DNA of 20,320 nt from a virus (IMGVR_UViG_2565956608_000010:1-20320); one strand, 5' to 3'; counted from the stretch's first letter, positions 1 to 8,473 are shown. The notes: a model not told the origin generated them from the letters alone. Made by a program: numbers and translations.

Positions 1-35
1 TTTGTATGGTATGTAGCTGACACCTTCCAGGCCAT
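1..35 (-). CDS. 5' end of a leftward ORF running off the left edge (ATG at 35..33, [11 protein letters not shown]...); possibly the next lysis-cassette gene
   Basis: ATG followed by open frame to the window edge, 70 nt downstream of the holin-like stop; only 11 codons visible, so identity cannot be assigned. Confidence 0.2.
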   Translation of the reverse strand, partial: MAWKVSATYHT

Positions 36-106
36 CGTTACCACTTGGTCCAGTGATTAACACAGATGCTATAGCAATAGCCCCGCCACTTATCGCCGCT
101 ATTACG

Positions 107-310
107 CTATTTCGTAGTGCCGGTGACATTGCCATTCAATCTGTCCTCGCGCTCTTTGCGCTTGTAGTACCAGTTGATGCCAAATGTGCCGACAGTACAA
201 AGAATACCAATGATGACAGCCCAGTCATTCAGGGAGAGAATGCCACCCATCGCAGTCAGTCCTCCGAAGCTGTAACTGAACCATTCTCTGATTTTGTCCA
301 TACGGTACAT
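107..310 (-). CDS. putative holin (67 aa small membrane protein with charged C-terminal tail)
   Basis: Six-frame ORF; hydrophobic segment [28 protein letters not shown] followed by a charged tail [10 protein letters not shown]; lies downstream of Q on the same strand, where lambdoid lysis cassettes begin. Confidence 0.5.
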   Translation of the reverse strand: MYRMDKIREWFSYSFGGLTAMGGILSLNDWAVIIGILCTVGTFGINWYYKRKEREDRLNGNVTGTTK

Positions 311-766
311 GCTCTACCCCTTCATTGAGGGGATTTGCTCTATTTAATTAGGAATAAGGTCGATTACTGATAGAACAAATCCAGGCTACTGTGTTTAGTA
401 ATCAGATTTGTTCGTGACCGATATGCACGGGCAAAACGGCAGGAGGTTGTTAGCGCAACCTCTTGCCACCCGCTTTCACGAAGGTCATGTGTAGAAGGCC
501 GCAGCGTAACTATCACTGATGAATTCAGGATAGCCAGTGGCTACGGCTCAGTTTGGGTTGTGCTGTTGCTGGGCGGCGATGACGCCTGTACGCATTTGGT
601 GATCCGGTTCTGCTTCCGGTATTCGCTTAATTCAGCACAACGGAAAGAGCACTGGCTAACCAGGCGCGCCGACTCTTCACGATTATCGACTCAATGCTCT
701 TACCTGTTGTGCAAATAAAAAAAGCCACCGTTGCAACTTAAGAGTCACTAACGGCAGCTTACATCT

Positions 767-1279
767 TTAAACGGTATGATATTTCATTCTGGCTGCCTCA
801 AAAGCCGCAGCGGCAAGTTCGGCAGTGTCATGGTATCCAAGGTTAATACACTTTCCAGACGCATTAATTCTTGCTCTCCATTTCCCGTACTTAGCATCCC
901 AAGACACGCCACGGTATCCAGATTTATTATTCTTCTGAATTTTCCTGTTTTGCATATTTTCGGAATGAGTGACAAGACGAAGATTTGATATCCGGTTATC
1001 TGTTCTTACCCTGTTGATGTGATCAATAAAACCATCGGGCATGGTGCCATAAACAATCAACCATGCCAGTCTGTGAGCAGGGCATGCTTTACCATTAATC
1101 ATAATCATTAAATACCCATCAGAATTTATTGATGAGCATTTCTTGAAAGCAAAACGAGAGTTCCATGTCAAAGTGGTCCTCTCTCTCCCCTGCCTCCATC
1201 TCCAGTGAAAGTCGCCTGATGATGGATTGTAATCAACAACAGAAAGCACCATTTCTGGCGTTAATTTTATTTCTTTCAT
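767..1279 (-). CDS. HNH homing-type endonuclease with C-terminal AP2-like DNA-binding domain (170 aa)
   Basis: HNH motif AHRLAWLIVYG...FIDHINRVRTDNRISNLRLVTHSENMQN, then GYRGVSWDAKYGKWRARI...LGYHDTAELAAAAFEAA typical of the AP2 domain in phage HNH endonucleases. Confidence 0.8.
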   Translation of the reverse strand: MKEIKLTPEMVLSVVDYNPSSGDFHWRWRQGRERTTLTWNSRFAFKKCSSINSDGYLMIMINGKACPAHRLAWLIVYGTMPDGFIDHINRVRTDNRISNLRLVTHSENMQNRKIQKNNKSGYRGVSWDAKYGKWRARINASGKCINLGYHDTAELAAAAFEAARMKYHTV

Positions 1280-1400
1280 CGCTTTACCTTAGGGATAGAG
1301 CCTGTTCGCGTAGATATGACAGCCAAGAGCGGAGCGATGTTTCCACCACCATATCTCAGGCCCATATCACTAAGACTCTTGTTTTGATTGCACGCGAATG

Positions 1401-1426
1401 CAAAAAAGCCCACAGGAGGTGGGCTT
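1401..1426 (-). terminator. Rho-independent terminator on minus strand just downstream of Q (candidate tR')
   Basis: Plus strand reads AAAAAA then AGCCCAC-AGGAG-GTGGGCT (7-bp stem 1407..1413 / 1419..1425, 5-nt loop); on the minus strand this is a hairpin followed by a U-run. Confidence 0.6.
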
Positions 1427-1473
1427 GTGATGGTTGCTGAATGCAAAAGCAGCAGCATATGTGAATATTATGG

Positions 1474-1992
1474 CTAAATGGCTAATTGCATGTCAAGACT
1501 TTTAACAGCAACATGCTTAACTTTCTCAACACGTTTACGCATTTTGAAAGCATTTTGCATTGGTTGGTACAAAACAAATAACGACGCTTTCAGGATGTCG
1601 TCAATTTCGTTTCTACAGGTTGCCATTGAAGGTTTTCTCCATCCCTCGCCACCACGTCCACACATCTTGCGTGGCTTTGCAGTCGCGTGATAGTAGGATG
1701 CAATTGCTCGCTTAGATGAACCATGAGCGTAGTAGCTGAGGAGGATGCCAAAGGCTTTCTTGTCAATGTACATGACGGAATCGACGACCTGAGAAATCAA
1801 CATTCCATCATCATCATTACACATTGGCCTTGTCATAACTCTTCCCGGCTCTACGCTCTCCATGAACTTCGCTATTACGCTGCTCATGCGCTTTTCCAGA
1901 CGACCTGAATAAACCCATGCGCCCCACAGTTCAAGCCAGCCATTCAGCCACTCATGCTGTTCTTTGGTGAGGTTTAGTTCTCTTATGCCCAC
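1474..1992 (-). CDS. Q: late-gene antiterminator Q (phage 21 / 933W-type Q family)
   Basis: Motif [10 protein letters not shown]...[17 protein letters not shown]...LLSYYAHG resembles the 933W-type Q that I recall (WGAW, RPQCCDDD, LLVDYYV); sits between the nin genes and the lysis genes. Start codon uncertain: the track ORF begins with GTG and overlaps ninI by 10 nt. Confidence 0.7.
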   Translation of the reverse strand: MGIRELNLTKEQHEWLNGWLELWGAWVYSGRLEKRMSSVIAKFMESVEPGRVMTRPMCNDDDGMLISQVVDSVMYIDKKAFGILLSYYAHGSSKRAIASYYHATAKPRKMCGRGGEGWRKPSMATCRNEIDDILKASLFVLYQPMQNAFKMRKRVEKVKHVAVKSLDMQLAI

Positions 1993-2654
1993 GCGCCTTC
2001 TCCCTGTACCTGAATCAATGTGAGATTTCCGCAGAACACTGCGCCGGTATCGATATACATCTGGTTGGCAAATTTGAGCGGTTTCACTGCTGGCGTATGA
2101 CCAAAGATGAACATGTCCGCGCCTTTGATTTCTTTCACGATCCCGTCTTGTGAGTTGCTGATTCGTTCGCGGTTCCAGATTACCTGCTGATGATCAACTG
2201 GCTTTCCAAACTCGTATTCGTCACAAGGATAATCGGCGTGGCAGATGACATATTTTTTATCTTTGCTCACCAGTTCGATGATTAACGGAAGTTCATCTGC
2301 TTTATGGGCAAGAGCTTTAGCCAGAATTTCTTTGTCGTAATCGAGATTAAAGAACCAGCCACCGCCATTAAGCAGCCAGTGATTGACGTTTCCACGCTCT
2401 GATAAGCCATCAATCATCATGTGCTCATGGTTTCCACGTACAGCTCTGAACCAGGGGAATGTGATTAATTCCAGGCATTCAACGTTCTCTGCACCACGAT
2501 CAACCAAATCGCCAACCGAGATAAGCAGGTCTTTTTTGGTGTCGAATCCAATCGTATCCAGTTTGTTCATCAGGTTCGTGTAGCATCCGTGCAGGTCGCC
2601 AGCTACCCAAATATTTCGGTATTTGCTGCCATCAATTCTTTCGTAGATATTCAT
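1983..2654 (-). CDS. ninI: NinI serine/threonine protein phosphatase (lambda PPase homolog, 223 aa)
   Basis: Near-identical to lambda phosphatase as I recall it ([30 protein letters not shown] metallophosphatase motifs); start overlaps the ninG stop (ATGA). Confidence 0.95.
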   Translation of the reverse strand: MNIYERIDGSKYRNIWVAGDLHGCYTNLMNKLDTIGFDTKKDLLISVGDLVDRGAENVECLELITFPWFRAVRGNHEHMMIDGLSERGNVNHWLLNGGGWFFNLDYDKEILAKALAHKADELPLIIELVSKDKKYVICHADYPCDEYEFGKPVDHQQVIWNRERISNSQDGIVKEIKGADMFIFGHTPAVKPLKFANQMYIDTGAVFCGNLTLIQVQGEGAWA

Positions 2655-3262
2655 GCTGCCTCACTTCTGCTGTTTCGCAGATTTTTAAGTTTCTGCTGAT
2701 ACTCCGCCTTGATGGCCCTGCACTCTTCGACAGTCCAGCGATGGCGGTTATGGTTTAATTCGATTTCGTCTACTGCTTCCTGCCCGATGCGATTAATCAG
2801 TTCGACGCGATACGGAACGAGATTTCCGCTTTTGTGCTGGTTGCACACCACGCATTGCTTGTGAATATTGCGTTCATCAAATCGGAGTTGAGGTGCCGCA
2901 GCAGTTGTCCGGTAATGTCCGGCATCCCACTGAGCAGACGTGAGCGTTCCGCACGAGATACATGGTAAGTCGCGGTCTCTTTCTCTGATGAAGGCGTTTA
3001 CGGCTTGTTGGGCTTGTTTAATCCAGTAACTGCGGGGCTTTAAGGCGAGTTTTCGAATCTTAAGTTTATCTTTCTGTTTCTGCTCCTCTCGTCGTCGTTT
3101 CTTCTCTGCTGCTTTTTCCGCTTTTTCGCGTTCTTTACTTCGTCGTTCGAGTGCTATCTTGGTTCCACACTCTGGAGAGCACCACCACTGATTAGCGAAT
3201 GCAGGATGAAACCATTCCCGACATTTATCGTTTTTACATCGTCTTCGCGCTGGTTTAGCCAT
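2651..3262 (-). CDS. ninG: NinG (Rap) recombination-associated protein, 203 aa
   Basis: Cys-rich N-terminus ([12 protein letters not shown]...WCSPECG) and central CISCG...CVVCNQHK match lambda NinG; ATG overlaps the ninF stop. Confidence 0.9.
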   Translation of the reverse strand: MAKPARRRCKNDKCREWFHPAFANQWWCSPECGTKIALERRSKEREKAEKAAEKKRRREEQKQKDKLKIRKLALKPRSYWIKQAQQAVNAFIRERDRDLPCISCGTLTSAQWDAGHYRTTAAAPQLRFDERNIHKQCVVCNQHKSGNLVPYRVELINRIGQEAVDEIELNHNRHRWTVEECRAIKAEYQQKLKNLRNSRSEAA

Positions 3263-3425
3263 CGTCTTCTTCCTCGTGCATCGAGCTATTCGGATCGCTC
3301 ATCAGTTCTGCACAGCAGTGCTCACACACGTGAACTTCCAGCACATGCAGCTTCTGACCGCAGTTAGCGCACGTTAAAGCTCGCTCGACGCTTTCTTGTT
3401 CGTAACTTCGATTTTGGTCAATCAC
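3255..3425 (-). CDS. ninF: NinF (56 aa, GTG start)
   Basis: Manual translation gives [56 protein letters not shown], matching lambda NinF; GTG start overlaps the ninE stop (GTGA). Confidence 0.8.
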   Translation of the reverse strand: MIDQNRSYEQESVERALTCANCGQKLHVLEVHVCEHCCAELMSDPNSSMHEEEDDG

Positions 3426-3604
3426 CTTGTTTTCCTCGCACGTTCTCTAAGCCACCGGATATCCCACAGGTGAGCCGTGTAGTTGAAGGTTTTTACGTCA
3501 GATTCTTTTGGGATTGGCTTGGGTTTATTTCTGGAGCGTTTCGTTGGAAGGTATTTGCAGTTTTCGCAGATTATGTCGGTGAAACTTCGTCGCTGTCGTC
3601 TCAT
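3422..3604 (-). CDS. ninE: NinE (60 aa)
   Basis: Internal Met of the 80-aa track ORF gives [60 protein letters not shown], near-identical to lambda NinE; ATG overlaps the ninB stop. Confidence 0.85.
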   Translation of the reverse strand: MRRQRRSFTDIICENCKYLPTKRSRNKPKPIPKESDVKTFNYTAHLWDIRWLRERARKTR

Positions 3605-4041
3605 GCCGCCCTGTCTCCCCATCGCGCTTTCCATTCGAGAGCCAGTCGCGCTTCGTCTGACCACTTAACGCCACGCTCTGTACCGAATGCCTGTATAAGC
3701 TCTAATAGCTCCGCAAATTCGCTTACACGCATCCTGCTGGTTGACTGGCCTATTACCACAAAGCCATTCCCGGCAAGGTTAGGAACAACATCCTGCTGCT
3801 TTAATGCTGCGGTAAACACACACTTCCAGCTTTCTGCATCCAGCCAGCGACCATGCCATTCAACCTGACGAGAGACGTCACCAAGGCAAGCCCAAAGCTT
3901 TCGATTCTGGTCTAAGCTGCGGTTGCGTTCCTGAATGCTTACTACGATTGGTTTGGTTGGGTCTGGAAGGATTTGCTGGATAGCTTGAATGGCGTTCTGC
4001 TGATGGATGGGGCTTCTTAGTTCAAATGTTAGTTTCCTCAT
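3601..4041 (-). CDS. ninB: NinB recombination protein (146 aa)
   Basis: From [34 protein letters not shown]... the sequence is near-identical to lambda NinB; the upstream extension of the track ORF is assumed not translated. Confidence 0.9.
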   Translation of the reverse strand: MRKLTFELRSPIHQQNAIQAIQQILPDPTKPIVVSIQERNRSLDQNRKLWACLGDVSRQVEWHGRWLDAESWKCVFTAALKQQDVVPNLAGNGFVVIGQSTSRMRVSEFAELLELIQAFGTERGVKWSDEARLALEWKARWGDRAA

Positions 4042-4210
4042 CACCCTTAATCCTCTCGAAGTTCTTCTCGAAGTTTTTGGTGTCGAACACTGACCACCGA
4101 CCATTATGAATGGCGTATGCACAGGTCTTGTTTTCGTCCTGATAAACTACCCTTACCTTGCGATAAAACCGTGGCTTAATCTCTCTGAATATTTGCTCGC
4201 TCATGCTCAC
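4022..4210 (-). CDS. hypothetical protein (62 aa)
   Basis: ORF with RBS AAGGAG 5 nt upstream of the ATG; overlaps the ninB start by 20 nt; no family recognised. Confidence 0.5.
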   Translation of the reverse strand: MSMSEQIFREIKPRFYRKVRVVYQDENKTCAYAIHNGRWSVFDTKNFEKNFERIKGDEETNI

Positions 4211-4214
4211 TCCT

Positions 4215-4430
4215 TCACTTTAAATCCAGACTCCGGATTATTCTGTTGCGCTGAAACTCATTGTTGAGTCTGAACAACCGCCGAAGAACACGGTCACGCG
4301 GATAGCGTCGTGCGGCAGGTGAATGCTCATACAACTCATCAAGCGGTAAACTGGACGATGAACGATACCGATACCAACGCGCCAACTCTTCACGAAAATT
4401 AGCCCTGACAAGCTCAGCTATCGTACTCAT
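4215..4430 (-). CDS. hypothetical protein (71 aa, basic/Arg-rich)
   Basis: ORF with strong RBS AGGAGG 8 nt upstream of the ATG; no family recognised. Confidence 0.55.
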   Translation of the reverse strand: MSTIAELVRANFREELARWYRYRSSSSLPLDELYEHSPAARRYPRDRVLRRLFRLNNEFQRNRIIRSLDLK

Positions 4431-4555
4431 TTCTTAAAACCTCCTAAAACGCATTCTGACGAACTTTTACATCTCGCCACCCAATTACATGCCTGAGCAA
4501 TGATTAGGTCGCCACAGGCTTATTTATGTGGCTTAAAATCGATTTTGCTTACATA

Positions 4556-4586
4556 CAAACAAAAGACCTGCGATTACCAGCAGGCC
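4556..4586 (-). terminator. putative Rho-independent terminator downstream of HNH endonuclease 2 (possibly bidirectional)
   Basis: Hairpin GGCCUGC / GCAGGUC (7 bp with one G-U pair, 8-nt loop) followed on the minus strand by UCUUUUGUUUG; on the plus strand the same hairpin is followed by a T-run (4587..4599). Confidence 0.45.
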
Positions 4587-4587
4587 T

Positions 4588-5199
4588 TTATCTTTTTTTA
4601 ACACGCTTTCGAGTCCTTTTAGATTTTTCCTTAAGATATTCCGCAAGTTTATCCTCATCATTATTAAATTGAGATAAAAGCTCATGCTCGCAATTAAGTG
4701 CTTTACTCGCATAAGTTCCATATAGTTTCTTTCTTGCTAGTGCTGCTATGAATGCTGCATCTTCTTTGCTATCGAAATACCCTAACGATATTGTCTTATT
4801 TTTATAACCAACATAAGACTTCCACCTGCCAGTTGTCTTATCCCAAGACACTCCAATCGCACCGGATGTGTTTAACCTATTCCCTACAATGTTTCTTGCA
4901 TTCTGCTCCTCTGTTGCCAGTCTTAGATTTGAAATCCTATTGTCAAGTCTGTTCCCATTTACATGATCAATAAACTTAGGAGGCCATTTTTTGTATACAT
5001 AGAACCAAGCAAGTCTATGCGCATAATACAAAACATTATTTATGCTAATGCATATATAACCACCACTAACACCTCCAGCAATACTACCTTTTACTCTTAC
5101 TACTGAATTTGTTTTTAGCCATTTAAATATTCCTGTTTCTGAGTCATATGATAATGTTGACAGAAGCTCATCGTGATCAATTAGTTTTTTTATTCGCAT
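4588..5199 (-). CDS. HNH homing-type endonuclease with AP2-like domain, second copy (203 aa), AT-rich
   Basis: AHRLAWFYVYKKWPPKFIDHVNGNRLDNRISNLRLATEEQN (HNH) and GVSWDKTTGRWKSYV...LGYFDSKEDAAFIAALA (AP2-like); same architecture as 767..1279; codon usage looks AT-rich compared with the neighbours. Confidence 0.8.
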   Translation of the reverse strand: MRIKKLIDHDELLSTLSYDSETGIFKWLKTNSVVRVKGSIAGGVSGGYICISINNVLYYAHRLAWFYVYKKWPPKFIDHVNGNRLDNRISNLRLATEEQNARNIVGNRLNTSGAIGVSWDKTTGRWKSYVGYKNKTISLGYFDSKEDAAFIAALARKKLYGTYASKALNCEHELLSQFNNDEDKLAEYLKEKSKRTRKRVKKR

Positions 5200-5277
5200 A
5201 AAGAATATACTTAATAATATATACAGTAAGAACCATTAGTAACGATAACCCTGCTATCAGCTCAGTGATGTAGATAG

Positions 5278-5547
5278 TCATTGCTTCATCTCCCTTTCCA
5301 TTTCATCAATGTCAACGTCATCAGGAAGATGGGAGCAATACGCCGCTATACCATGATGATTTATCTCATACCCTTTGAACGTTACCATCTGGCGCGTAAT
5401 CTCAACTTCGTTCAGGAATCCGTCATCGCATAACTGCCTGGCTATTTTCGATTTGGTCTGGATTATTGGTAGTGCCTGTTCTTTCAAAGCGTATGATATT
5501 TGTGCATCCCATGCCTTTTCGAGAATGGCTAATTGTTTTTTATTCAT
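5278..5547 (-). CDS. hypothetical protein (89 aa)
   Basis: ORF whose ATG directly abuts the primase-helicase stop (TAAATG); no family recognised. Confidence 0.5.
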   Translation of the reverse strand: MNKKQLAILEKAWDAQISYALKEQALPIIQTKSKIARQLCDDGFLNEVEITRQMVTFKGYEINHHGIAAYCSHLPDDVDIDEMEREMKQ

Positions 5548-7428
5548 TTAATACTCCGTCACGTTTTCCTGTCGCCACGCCTCGTCATATTCCGATTTCG
5601 GCATATTGGCGATGTAGCTATATGGCGATCCTGATTCAAGTTGCAGGAACTGGTGCGATTGCTCGTCAAGGAACAACGGGATACCACCTTCCCAACCTTC
5701 ACCGTTACGTTGTTTTTCAAGCAACAAAACAGATGCCGGAGACACCAGTAGCTGTTCGTCCTTCTCTGACATCTGTTCACCGCTTTGAACTCTCTGTAAC
5801 GCTCTCTCGCGAGCCTTGTTACGCCAGATGATAAAAAGGTTGTCTGTCAGGTCTGTTATCGCTCCAGAGCCTTTTACGTCCATTTTCCCGGTTGGTTTTT
5901 CTTCGCTGTCTCCTTTTCGCGAGTGAGTAACGAGAATGACGTGGGAGTTTGTTTTGTTTTTGAAGTCGCAAATCGAGTCAACAAACGCCTTCTGCCCGTT
6001 ATAGTCATCGTCGCCTATGCCACATTTCATCAGGCTGTCGATGATGAATAACTGGATACCGTATCGGCGGCGAGCGTAGTCGAATATTTCGATCAGCCTG
6101 TCGGCTTTCGCCGTTCCGGTCAGGCCAAACACCCAAAGTCTTTCGTCATAAAATTTAAATGCAGAGTCAATTTCCAGCACTGGCGGCATCTTGCAGCACG
6201 TCGCCTGACGGGTAAGGCGCTTAAGGAGAATACCAGGCTTCAGCTCAAGTGACGCGATGCACGTCTTCACACCCTGACGCATTGCCTCAAGTGCCATATG
6301 CCCGACAACCTCCGTTTTTCCGTGACCGTTCACACCATTGACCAGCGTCAACTCGGCCTCACGGAACTGGAATTTATCTGCCAGAGATTCCCACGGTGGA
6401 TTAAACAGATACTGCTGCTTGCCGTAGAAAGCGTTGATAGTGTCCTGGTAAAACTCTCGCGCGCTGTAGAGTTCTTCAGGATCGAAGTAGGATGCCGTGC
6501 CGATGTACTGCCAGATTTCATCCTCGGTAACACCGTTCATCAGGCATTCGTTGATGTCTTTGTACGGCAGAGTAACAAGACGGCAACGATGTTCACCGAG
6601 TCGGCTTGCGATTTCCCTTGCGGCTTCACGACCAACATCATCAACGTCCATCGAGATGAATATTTCCTCAAACCTGTCGAGGTTGTGATACTCAAACTCA
6701 ATCCACTGCTGCTTAGCGCCTTTCCCGCCACCAAACGGCACGGATAACGCCGAGATGCCGTATTGCGCATAGCTCATACAATCAATTTCGCCTTCGCAAA
6801 GTACAACCGCCCTCACGCCAGCGTCCAGAGCCTGCCATCCGAACAGACAAGGTTCGCAATCACCTTCTGCCATAATGACTTTCTTCCCGTCCGGGCGCTC
6901 AGTGCTGATTCGCTTGACCTGCAACAACTCACCATCGCGTTTGTACGGAATCACCAGAGCATCCAGTTCCCGCTCTCCATTCCACACCTTGCCGCTGACA
7001 ACCTCGTAGCGCTTTACGATTTCTGGCGATATGCCACGCGATTGCAGGTACTCAAGATGGGATTCTGTTCTGGTAACGTAGCGGGCGATTTTCTTGCGAT
7101 CAGGTCTGGAGAATTTCTTCTCACGTCTGGCATCGAAATGGTGATCGTCATCCTTGATACCGAGAAATGCTTTCGCTTCCTGCATAGCCTGATGCAGGTT
7201 AATTCCACGACATGCCATCCACAAATCAAGCATGTCACCGCCGTCTCCCTCAGCGAAATCAGCCCATTTTTTCTTGCCGCTAAGGTTGACCTTAAGGCTG
7301 TTTCCCTTGTCACCGTTGACGTTACCGGCAACCCACTCATGCCCCTCTTTCTTGCCATTTGGCAACAGGTGCGGAGCCACCCTGTCAACCTGCGCCCAAA
7401 GCAGGTCGCTAAGTTCACTTGGCCTCAT
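5548..7428 (-). CDS. bifunctional DNA primase-helicase (N-terminal primase-like region, TOPRIM, C-terminal P-loop ATPase), 626 aa
   Basis: TOPRIM-like acidic motif VVLCEGEIDCMS; Walker A LVNGVNGHGKTE; Walker B-like LFIIDSLMK; RBS GAGGGAA before the ATG at 7428; occupies the position of lambda O/P. Confidence 0.8.
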   Translation of the reverse strand: MRPSELSDLLWAQVDRVAPHLLPNGKKEGHEWVAGNVNGDKGNSLKVNLSGKKKWADFAEGDGGDMLDLWMACRGINLHQAMQEAKAFLGIKDDDHHFDARREKKFSRPDRKKIARYVTRTESHLEYLQSRGISPEIVKRYEVVSGKVWNGERELDALVIPYKRDGELLQVKRISTERPDGKKVIMAEGDCEPCLFGWQALDAGVRAVVLCEGEIDCMSYAQYGISALSVPFGGGKGAKQQWIEFEYHNLDRFEEIFISMDVDDVGREAAREIASRLGEHRCRLVTLPYKDINECLMNGVTEDEIWQYIGTASYFDPEELYSAREFYQDTINAFYGKQQYLFNPPWESLADKFQFREAELTLVNGVNGHGKTEVVGHMALEAMRQGVKTCIASLELKPGILLKRLTRQATCCKMPPVLEIDSAFKFYDERLWVFGLTGTAKADRLIEIFDYARRRYGIQLFIIDSLMKCGIGDDDYNGQKAFVDSICDFKNKTNSHVILVTHSRKGDSEEKPTGKMDVKGSGAITDLTDNLFIIWRNKARERALQRVQSGEQMSEKDEQLLVSPASVLLLEKQRNGEGWEGGIPLFLDEQSHQFLQLESGSPYSYIANMPKSEYDEAWRQENVTEY

Positions 7429-7532
7429 GATTCCCTCAGATTGAGATTTTTAAACCAGAAATCGACAAACGAAATACTTAACCAGCCGTGGTTATAACCA
7501 GCGACCAGTAGCGATTTGATTTTTGATTTCAT
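7425..7532 (-). CDS. possible small ORF (35 aa) translationally coupled between initiator and primase-helicase
   Basis: ATG at 7532 six nt after the initiator stop; its stop overlaps the primase ATG (ATGA); manual translation MKSKIKSLLVAGYNHGWLSISFVDFWFKNLNLRES; may be only an intergenic spacer. Confidence 0.25.
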   Translation of the reverse strand: MKSKIKSLLVAGYNHGWLSISFVDFWFKNLNLRES

Positions 7533-7535
7533 GGT

Positions 7536-8333
7536 TCACCTGTCGAAAAACACGTAGCCAGTTTTCGATACGGTGATTGCGGATGATGGTTTGGATTGTG
7601 GTTGAATGGTTTCTGGCTTTTCGTCGTTCCAGCGCTGACCTTTCAGGTAGCTCGATGGTAACAACCTGTCGAATCCAAACTGCTTACCATTCCTGCATGC
7701 GATGTCTTCTGCCAGCATCGTGGCAAACTCGCTTGCCGTACCCCTGGTAGTTTTACGCCATTCCCTGAACTGTGTTCTGAATGCCGACGCTGCGTTTTTC
7801 TTCCCGGCCTTCCGCATGCCTGCACACCAGAATATTTCCTCGAATGCCTTGTCGGTTTCTTCGTGACGGTCAGGAGTTTTTTCACACTCCGTTCGGACAT
7901 GTTCGAACATAATGTTTTTAGGTTCATTGACTGGTTCAAAAGAGTGATAGGTTCTGGGGGCAGCTCCTGCCCCACCCCCTAGGGCAGCTCCTGCCCCACC
8001 CCGGGCAGCTCCTGCCCCACCCCGGGCAGCTCCTGCCCCACCTGATTCTGGTGGGATTTGTTGTGCATTATCCAGCGTCAGATAAAAAACGTTTGACTGG
8101 TTAAGCTCTCCTTTTCTTCTGCATTCCCTTTTCAAAAGACCCATCTCTTCCAGTGCCCTAATGTGACTTTTTACTGTCGATCTGCTCACCTCACACTGGT
8201 CAGCGACATGTTGATATGAAGGCCAGCATTCGCCATTATCATTGGCGTTATCGGCAAGTTTAATCAGAACCAGTTTTCTCAGTGGGTTGCCAACCTTTAT
8301 ATTCATGGCCTTAGCCATAAGATTCATGCTCAT
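7536..8333 (-). CDS. putative replication initiator / origin-binding protein (HTH N-terminal domain, Gly/Ala repeat linker), 265 aa
   Basis: N-terminal winged-helix-like segment (LVLIKLADNANDNGECWPSYQHVADQCEVSRSTVKSHIRALEEMGLLK); contains the iteron array in its coding sequence (translated as GGAGAARGGAGAARGGAGAALGGGAGAA); sits upstream of the primase-helicase in the lambda O position. Confidence 0.65.
   Translation of the reverse strand: MSMNLMAKAMNIKVGNPLRKLVLIKLADNANDNGECWPSYQHVADQCEVSRSTVKSHIRALEEMGLLKRECRRKGELNQSNVFYLTLDNAQQIPPESGGAGAARGGAGAARGGAGAALGGGAGAAPRTYHSFEPVNEPKNIMFEHVRTECEKTPDRHEETDKAFEEIFWCAGMRKAGKKNAASAFRTQFREWRKTTRGTASEFATMLAEDIACRNGKQFGFDRLLPSSYLKGQRWNDEKPETIQPQSKPSSAITVSKTGYVFFDR
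7956..8042. repeat. four tandem direct repeats of about 21 bp (GGGCAGCTCCTGCCCCACCCC), each with internal dyad GGCAG-CTC-CTGCC; putative ori iterons
   Basis: Unit starts at about 7958, 7982, 8003 and 8024 (periods 24, 21, 21), read directly; a more AT-rich stretch follows at about 7895..7950; arrangement parallels lambda ori inside gene O. Confidence 0.7.
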
Positions 8334-8473
8334 TTTGACTTCTCCGAAGTTTTGTACCTGTTAAGTATTTCTCTCAGTGGCACAGCTATTGCTGGATTAA
8401 CCCCCTGATAAAACTGGTCACGTAGCACATCTTTTCGGTGATTAACGCGTTTATTTTCCTGCGTTTTTCGCAT
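8330..8473 (-). CDS. small hypothetical protein (47 aa) between cII and the initiator
   Basis: Internal Met of the 103-aa track ORF (MRKTQENKRVNHRKDVLRDQFYQGVNPAIAVPLREILNRYKTSEKSK) with RBS GAGG before the ATG; stop overlaps the initiator ATG (ATGA); the longer track ORF overlaps cII and is rejected. Confidence 0.4.
   Translation of the reverse strand: MRKTQENKRVNHRKDVLRDQFYQGVNPAIAVPLREILNRYKTSEKSK

Noticed and set aside
53-328. Plus-strand 91-aa ORF overlapping the holin-like gene
   Set aside because: Antisense to a more plausible minus-strand membrane-protein ORF in the correct operon orientation; no RBS; sequence looks like mirror-frame readthrough.
329-766. Possible tRNA genes or toxin cargo in the Q-to-lysis intergenic region (as in Stx phages)
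   Set aside because: No cloverleaf-compatible segments or conserved T-arm motif seen by eye, and no long ORF; region treated as a non-coding leader. A tRNA-scanning program would settle it.
3470-4122. Plus-strand ORFs (132 and 61 aa) and the N-terminal extensions of the ninE and ninB track ORFs
   Set aside because: Overlap well-recognised nin genes; the lambda-like start sites are internal Met codons, and the extensions overlap upstream genes.
6763-7497. 244-aa plus-strand ORF and several other 60-150-aa ORFs antisense to the primase-helicase
   Set aside because: Entirely contained within the strongly supported 626-aa gene on the opposite strand; typical shadow ORFs.
7956-8042. Tandem repeat array as a possible CRISPR array
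   Set aside because: Units are contiguous with no spacers, lie inside a coding sequence and keep the reading frame; consistent with iterons or a coding repeat, not CRISPR.
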